A stretch of DNA of 64,000 nucleotides, taken from positions 384,001 through 448,000 of the forward strand of contig CAVUQH010000004.1 of the NCBI GenBank assembly GCA_963743525.1, in the 5' to 3' direction. Origin of the DNA: an uncultured delta proteobacterium (GTDB lineage Bacteria > Myxococcota_A > Polyangia > Haliangiales > Haliangiaceae). The notes below the pieces were generated by a model. That model made no database searches and was not told where the DNA came from. It saw nothing but the letters and a program-made list of their open reading frames with translations. Position numbers and translations under genes: made by a program. Positions 56,986 to 64,000 of the stretch are shown in pieces. Positions within the stretch are counted from its first letter, which is position 1. Each line of letters starts with the position of its first letter.

Positions 56986-57204
56986 GACTTCCGTTGGGCC
57001 TTGCCCCCCCATTGAATACCACGGTCGCCGGACCGGGCCAGAGCCGCGATGACGGTTGACGAAGGGTCGCAAATCAACGAACGTCCGCCAAGTAAGTACA
57101 CGAAACTACATCGTGAACCTTGCCGCAGTCCACGGGGGACTGACCACCTCGCGCCCGCGCCGTACCATCGACGCGGGCGTTTTTTTGCCTCCGAGGGCCG
57201 AGTA

Positions 57205-58230
57205 TCAGGCGGCCAGCTGGCGGAGCCTGGCGACGTCCTCGATTTCGCCGATGACCACCAGGGTCATGCCGGCGCGGACGGTGAAGTCGGCCTCGGGGCC
57301 GTAGGCGTAGCTCCCGTCCTCGTCGCGAACGGCGATGACCGAGACGTTGGCGTCGGCGCGGATGCCGGAGTCGCGCAAGGTGATGCCGTCGTAGCGGGAC
57401 CCGGTGGGGACGGCCACTTCGTCGATGCGCACGCCGCGGCGGTCGCGGAGCATGACGTCGAGGAAGCGGACGACCTCGGGCCGGATCAGCTCGGAGGCCA
57501 TGCGCATGCCGCCGATGTAGTTGGGCGAGATGACGGTGTCGGCGCCGGCGCGCTTGAGCTTCTCGAGGATGTTGAGGTCGCTGCCGCGGGCGATGATGCG
57601 AGCCTTGGGGTTGAGCTGGCGGCAGGTGACGACGAGGTAGAGGTTGTCCTTGTCGCCGGCGAGGGCGGCGACGACGCCGCGAGCGGCCGCGACGTGGGCG
57701 GCGGCGAGGATGTCGTCATCGGTGGCGTCGCCGACGACGTAGAGGAGATGGCCGGCTGGATAGTGCTCGGCGAGGGCCTCGAGGACTTCGCTGCTGGCGT
57801 CGATGGCGACGACATCGTGGCCGGTGGCGAGGAGCTCTTCGATGACATGGCGGCCGGTCGAGCCGGCGCCACACACCACGGTGTGTCCCTCGAGCTTGTG
57901 GATGGTCTTGCGCATGCGGGTCTTCCTCAGGGCTGCGCGCAGGTCGCCCTCGATGATCAGCGCGGTCAGGGTGGACGCGAAGTAGATGAACGTGCCCATG
58001 CCGAAGACGATCAGCAGGACGGTGTACTCGCGGGCGTAGGGAACGTGGTCGAAGCCGGGCAGGACTTCGCCGTAGCCGACCGTCGTCAGGGTGATGACGG
58101 TCATGTACGCGCAGTCGGCCAGCGCCCAGCGCCCGCCGCCCAGCAGCCAGTAGCCCACGGATCCAGCCGCGACCACGAACATCAGGGCCGCGAAGCTGCC
58201 GATAATTCGGGCCCGCAGCCCCCCGTTCAT
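57205..58230 (-). CDS. Potassium channel with TrkA-N/TrkA-C (RCK) domains
   Basis: Selectivity filter TTVGYGE; HTVVCGAGSTG; GDATDD; RAGADTVISP. Confidence 0.92.
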   Translation of the reverse strand: MNGGLRARIIGSFAALMFVVAAGSVGYWLLGGGRWALADCAYMTVITLTTVGYGEVLPGFDHVPYAREYTVLLIVFGMGTFIYFASTLTALIIEGDLRAALRKTRMRKTIHKLEGHTVVCGAGSTGRHVIEELLATGHDVVAIDASSEVLEALAEHYPAGHLLYVVGDATDDDILAAAHVAAARGVVAALAGDKDNLYLVVTCRQLNPKARIIARGSDLNILEKLKRAGADTVISPNYIGGMRMASELIRPEVVRFLDVMLRDRRGVRIDEVAVPTGSRYDGITLRDSGIRADANVSVIAVRDEDGSYAYGPEADFTVRAGMTLVVIGEIEDVARLRQLAA

Positions 58231-58269
58231 GGGCTCAATCGTACAGCAAAATGATGATATACAGCCGCC

Positions 58270-59812
<1,543 letters not shown>

Positions 59813-59823
<11 letters not shown>

Positions 59824-60520
59824 TACTGGGACTGATCGCGGGACTGACGAACGTCGTCACCACGCTCGCGGTCGGCTGCGGATAGAACAGATAGTTCGCC
59901 GTGTCCGGCTCGCCGCCGTAGAGCTCGGCGTAGCAGCCAGGGGCGTAGCCGGCCGGCGGCGCCGAGATCTCGCCGAAGTCGAGGTGGGTGATGCCGTAGG
60001 CGGGAAAGATGGCGACCAGTCGCTGGAAGCGGTGGAGCAGCGGCGCGTCGTAGACGCCCGAGCGGGGGCGCTCGCGAATGACCGCCCCGCCCTCGCCGGC
60101 CTCCAGCTCCATGGTCACTTGCTGCACGCCGGCCATGCGCACCATGCCGCTGAGGCAGACCCGCAGGTACAGCTCGCGCACGCCGCCGGCGGCCAGCTCC
60201 GGCGGCAGCGGCACTCCCTGGTCGCGCACCTGCAGCAGGCACGGCGTGCGGCCCATGCACAGGACGTACAGGTAGTCGCAGTACTCCTCCTCGCCGCCGG
60301 GCACGAAGAAGGTCGCGGCGTCGAGCTCCTGGGCCAGCTCTTCGGTCAGGGCCAGCACGTCGTGCTCGCAGACGCCGGCCTCGAAGCGGGCCTCGTCGTC
60401 GGGCTCGCCCCAGGTGCGGGTCGGATACAGCCGAGCAAGGGCGCGGTCGAGCTCCTCGAACATCGCGCCCTTGCGATCGTCGCAGCCGGTCTTGGACCGG
60501 CAGTTGGTGCAACCACCCAC
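59813..60520 (-). CDS. Conserved hypothetical protein with N-terminal CxxC-x5-C motif
   Basis: 235-aa ORF with coding-like bias; [13 protein letters not shown]. Confidence 0.7.
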
Positions 60521-60621
60521 GCCCCCGATCTACTCGAAACCAGGGGCGTCGTCGAGTCTGCACCGCCCGACGCGCCGGAAACGGGCGCAAAAGGCCAGTT
60601 TGGTCTACAACGGATAGAGAG

Positions 60622-61302
60622 ATGTACGAAGACGAGCTGCACGCCCTGCTGATCGAGCTCTGCGCCACCATCGGCGCAGCGGATGCGTGCATCGTCCGTC
60701 CGGACGAACCGCTGGGCGAGCTCGACGGCCGCTCGGTGCCGCTCGGCGGCGGCGCCTATCTATGCGTGCACACCGTCGGCGCGGTGCCGCTGACCGAGGC
60801 GCAAGCGGCGGCGGTCGAGCGCACGGCGCGGGCACTGCGCGCATGCGCGCGGCGGTGGGAGCGCGAGCTGCCGGAGCTCGGCGGCGAACCCGAGCAGCCG
60901 ATGCGCGAGCGGATCGTCGGACGCATCGAGACCTACCTGCGCGCGCTGGCGACCAGCGGCGGCGCGACCAACGCGCTGGTCACGGTGCGCGGTCGCCTGA
61001 TCGGCGCGGCCAAGCCGGCCGCCGACCTGGAGCTGTCACGCATCGAGTTCCTGCTCCGGCGGATGGACGCCGAGGTCGGGCGGCGGGTCGGCGAGAGCTC
61101 CCACGCCGAGCTCGAAGGCGACGACTTCTACGCCGTGTCGTTCTGGTACGGCGCATGTCTGGTGGTCTTCTTCGATCAGGCCTACTCGGTCAACTTCGTC
61201 CGCCATCGCGCGCGCATGGTCACCCGCGAGCTGGCAGCGCTGTTGCCGGAGCTCGACGAGCCGCCGCACGATCCGGCGCGCGTGGCGCCGATTCCCGAGT
61301 AA
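60622..61302 (+). CDS. Hypothetical protein
   Basis: 226-aa ORF with host codon usage, upstream of lysC. Confidence 0.7.
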   Translation: MYEDELHALLIELCATIGAADACIVRPDEPLGELDGRSVPLGGGAYLCVHTVGAVPLTEAQAAAVERTARALRACARRWERELPELGGEPEQPMRERIVGRIETYLRALATSGGATNALVTVRGRLIGAAKPAADLELSRIEFLLRRMDAEVGRRVGESSHAELEGDDFYAVSFWYGACLVVFFDQAYSVNFVRHRARMVTRELAALLPELDEPPHDPARVAPIPE

Positions 61303-61381
61303 CGCCGCCGCGGCGAATCGGCTTCGGTGCGCGGATCGATTTCGATCGCGCGCGCGTGGGCTTCGTGTATGCTCCGACGCC

Positions 61382-62626
61382 ATGCTGATCGTGCAGAAGT
61401 ACGGCGGCACGTCGGTCGCCAACATCGACCGCATCCGCACCGTCGCCAAGCGGGCGCTGGCTACCCAGCAGGCCGGCAACCAGCTCGCCGTCGTGGTGTC
61501 GGCGATGGCCGGCGAGACCAACCGCTTGCTCGGGTTGGCTTCCAAAGTGGTCGATCACCCCGGCGACCGCGAGGTCAACGTCATCGTATCGACCGGCGAG
61601 CAGATCACCTGCGCGCTGCTGGCCCTGGCCATCCGCGGACTGGGCGGCCAGGCGCAGTCGTTCCTCGGCCATCAGGTCAAGGTGGTCACCGACAGTGCGT
61701 TCTCTCGCGCGCGCATCCTGTCGATCGACGCCGCAGCGCTGGAGCAGTGCTTCGCCGAGGGCAAGATCGCGGTCATCGCCGGCTTCCAGGGGATGGACGA
61801 GAACGGCAACATCACCACCCTCGGCCGCGGCGGCTCCGACACCACCGGCGTCGCCATCGCCGCCGCCATCAACGCCGACGTCTGCGAGATCCTGACCGAC
61901 GTCGAAGGCGTCTACACCACCGATCCCAACGTGGTGCCGACCGCGCGCAAGATCGATCGCATCAGCTACGAAGAGATGCTCGAGCTGGCGTCGCTGGGCG
62001 CCAAGGTGCTGCAGCTCCGCTCGGTGGAGCTGGGCGCGAACCACCGGGTCCCGATCCACGTCCGATCGACCTTCTCGGACGCCGAGGGAACCTGGGTGGT
62101 TCCGGAGGAAGAGCTCATGGAACAAGTCGTCGTCTCCGGCGTCACCCTCAACCGCGACGAGGCCAAGATCACCGTCCGTCAGGTGCCCGACACGCCGGGC
62201 GTGGCCGCGCGTCTGTTCGCACCGCTGGCCGATGCCGGCATCGTCGTGGACATGATCATCCAGAACCAGAGCGAGGGCGGCCGCACGGACATGTCGTTCA
62301 CCGTCCCGCGAGGCGACCGCAAACGGGCGCTGGAGATCCTGACCGATCAGCTGAGCGACTTGACCAGCGCGGGCGCCAATCTGTCGAGCGACGACCGGAT
62401 CGCCAAGATCTCCATCGTCGGCGTCGGCATGCGCTCGCACGCCGGCGTCGCGCTCAAGATGTTCCAGATCCTGGCCAAGGAAAACGTCAACATCCAGATG
62501 ATCACGACCAGCGAGATCAAGATCAGCTGCGTGGTCGACGAGAAGTACGGCGAGCTGGCGCTGCGCGCGCTGCACGACGGCTTCGGCCTCCACCTGCCGG
62601 TGGAAGAGCGCAGCGACATCGCCTAG
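61382..62626 (+). CDS. lysC: Aspartate kinase
   Basis: [34 protein letters not shown], two ACT domains, TTSEIKIS. Confidence 0.96.
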   Translation: MLIVQKYGGTSVANIDRIRTVAKRALATQQAGNQLAVVVSAMAGETNRLLGLASKVVDHPGDREVNVIVSTGEQITCALLALAIRGLGGQAQSFLGHQVKVVTDSAFSRARILSIDAAALEQCFAEGKIAVIAGFQGMDENGNITTLGRGGSDTTGVAIAAAINADVCEILTDVEGVYTTDPNVVPTARKIDRISYEEMLELASLGAKVLQLRSVELGANHRVPIHVRSTFSDAEGTWVVPEEELMEQVVVSGVTLNRDEAKITVRQVPDTPGVAARLFAPLADAGIVVDMIIQNQSEGGRTDMSFTVPRGDRKRALEILTDQLSDLTSAGANLSSDDRIAKISIVGVGMRSHAGVALKMFQILAKENVNIQMITTSEIKISCVVDEKYGELALRALHDGFGLHLPVEERSDIA

Positions 62627-62735
62627 CCGGCGAGCGCAGCGACATCGCCTAGCCGGCGAGCGCACCGACATCGCCTAGACGGCGAGCGCACCGACATCGC
62701 CTGGAGGGCGAGCGCACCGAGATCGCCTAGCCGGC
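62606..62735. repeat. Tandem repeat, 5 x 26 bp (GAGCGCASCGACATCGCCTAGCCGGC)
   Basis: Units start at 62606, 62632, 62658, 62684 and 62710, each with a few substitutions at most and no spacers. Confidence 0.92.
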
Positions 62736-64000
62736 GTCGGCGCCGTAGACCTGGGCTTCGGCGGCTCGATCCAGCGCCCGGCGCAGGTTGGCGTGCTCGG
62801 GCCGAGCCAGCTCGGGGTCGGCGTCGAGCACGGCGTCGGCCGCCTCGCGGGCGCGCACCAGCAGCTCGGCGTGAGCGGCCAGGTCGCCGAAACGAAGGCG
62901 CGGCAGGCCGGCCTGGCGCACGCCGAGGAGCTCGCCGGGGCCGCGGATCGCCAGGTCTTCTTCGGCGATGCGAAAGCCGTCGCTGGTCTCGGCCATCACC
63001 GCCAGGCGACGCTCGCCGTCGGCGGTAGGGCGACCGCGGGTGAGCAGCACGCAGTGCGACTCGCCGCCACCGCGACCGACGCGGCCGCGCAGCTGGTGCA
63101 GCTGGGCCAGGCCGAACTTGTCGGCGTCCTCGACGACCATCAGTGTCGCCTCGGGTACGTCGACGCCGACCTCGATGACGGTCGTCGCCACCAGCACTTG
63201 CAGCTCGCCGTCGCGGAAGGCGGCCATCACCGCGTCCCGCTCGGCCGACGGCAAGCGGCCGTGGACCAGACCGACTCGGGCCGGCGCCAGACGCTGCGCC
63301 AGCTCGGCGGCCACGCTGGTCGCGTCGGCCCAGTCGCTGCGCACGTCGTCCTCGTCGCCGGCCTCGACCAGCGGACAAACCACGAACACCCGCGCTCCTT
63401 CGCCGAGGCGCGCGCGCACTCGCGCGTAGACCTTGTCGCGAGCGCGAACGCCGCGGATCACCGTGGTCGTCGGCGGAGTACGCCCCGGCGGCAGCTCGTC
63501 GATGACGCTGACGTCGAGGTCACCGTAGGCGGTCAGCGCCAGCGTGCGCGGGATCGGCGTCGCCGTCATCACCAGCAGGTGCGGGGCGAAGCCGTCGCCC
63601 TTGTCGCGCAGGCGAAAGCGCTGGGCCACGCCGAAGCGGTGCTGCTCGTCGATCACCGCCAGCCCCAGCCGGCCGAACACCACGCCCTGCGCCAGCAGCG
63701 CGTGAGTGCCGACCACCAGCGGCAGCTCGCCGGCGGCCAGACGGGCGCGGGTGCTCTCGCGGGCACCGCGCGGCGTGGACGCGGTGAGCAACGCCGACGA
63801 CACCCCGGCCTCGGTCGCCCACGCCGACAGGTTGGCGAAATGCTGCGCCGCCAGGATCTCGGTCGGCGCCATGATCGCGGCCTGCCGACCGGAGCGCGCC
63901 ACCTGCAGCGCCGCCGCCAGCGCGACCACGGTCTTGCCCGAGCCGACGTCGCCCTGCAGCAGCCGGTTCATCGGCACGTCGCGCGCCAGGTCGGCGGCGA
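62727..64000 (-). CDS. recG: ATP-dependent DNA helicase RecG (3' part)
   Basis: PMNRLLQGDVGSGKT, IDEQHRFGVAQR, MTATPIPRTL, QLRGRVGRG, DGFRIAEEDLAIRGPGE. Confidence 0.97.
   Translation of the reverse strand, partial: AADLARDVPMNRLLQGDVGSGKTVVALAAALQVARSGRQAAIMAPTEILAAQHFANLSAWATEAGVSSALLTASTPRGARESTRARLAAGELPLVVGTHALLAQGVVFGRLGLAVIDEQHRFGVAQRFRLRDKGDGFAPHLLVMTATPIPRTLALTAYGDLDVSVIDELPPGRTPPTTTVIRGVRARDKVYARVRARLGEGARVFVVCPLVEAGDEDDVRSDWADATSVAAELAQRLAPARVGLVHGRLPSAERDAVMAAFRDGELQVLVATTVIEVGVDVPEATLMVVEDADKFGLAQLHQLRGRVGRGGGESHCVLLTRGRPTADGERRLAVMAETSDGFRIAEEDLAIRGPGELLGVRQAGLPRLRFGDLAAHAELLVRAREAADAVLDADPELARPEHANLRRALDRAAEAQVYGADAG

Noticed and set aside
62606..62735. Possible CRISPR array
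   Set aside because: The 26-bp units are head-to-tail with no unique spacers, and there are no cas genes in the window.

Overview
High-GC window, probably from a Myxococcota (Haliangium/Kofleriaceae-like) genome. This is inferred from a MYXO-CTERM-type tail, many Cys-rich lipoproteins and sigma54-type promoters. Positions 1-16.3 kb are an accessory island, all on the minus strand. It starts with a ~2,750-aa Sec-signal SpvB/FG-GAP/YD(Rhs) polymorphic toxin (16230->7952, split by two 1-bp frameshifts) that carries two CBM-like domains inserted in a Cys-bounded loop. Downstream is a repeating four-part cassette: toxin tip, immunity gene, lipoprotein A, lipoprotein B. The cassette occurs three times with diverged copies, contains an IS3-family remnant, and runs off the window start. 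This cassette array is the best candidate for an undescribed system. The rest is mostly core genome: peptide ABC transporter genes, a Gld-like ABC system, two M16 peptidases, a PHM/DBH-like copper monooxygenase, a GAF histidine kinase, polA, speD-speE, putP, sucA, a K+ channel, an aldehyde dehydrogenase, lysC and partial recG. A 5x26-bp tandem repeat sits at the lysC/recG junction, and many genes show a leaderless-type -10 box 6-8 nt before the start codon. About ten single-base frameshifts in otherwise intact genes most likely reflect long-read assembly indels. No rRNA, tRNA or CRISPR array was seen.
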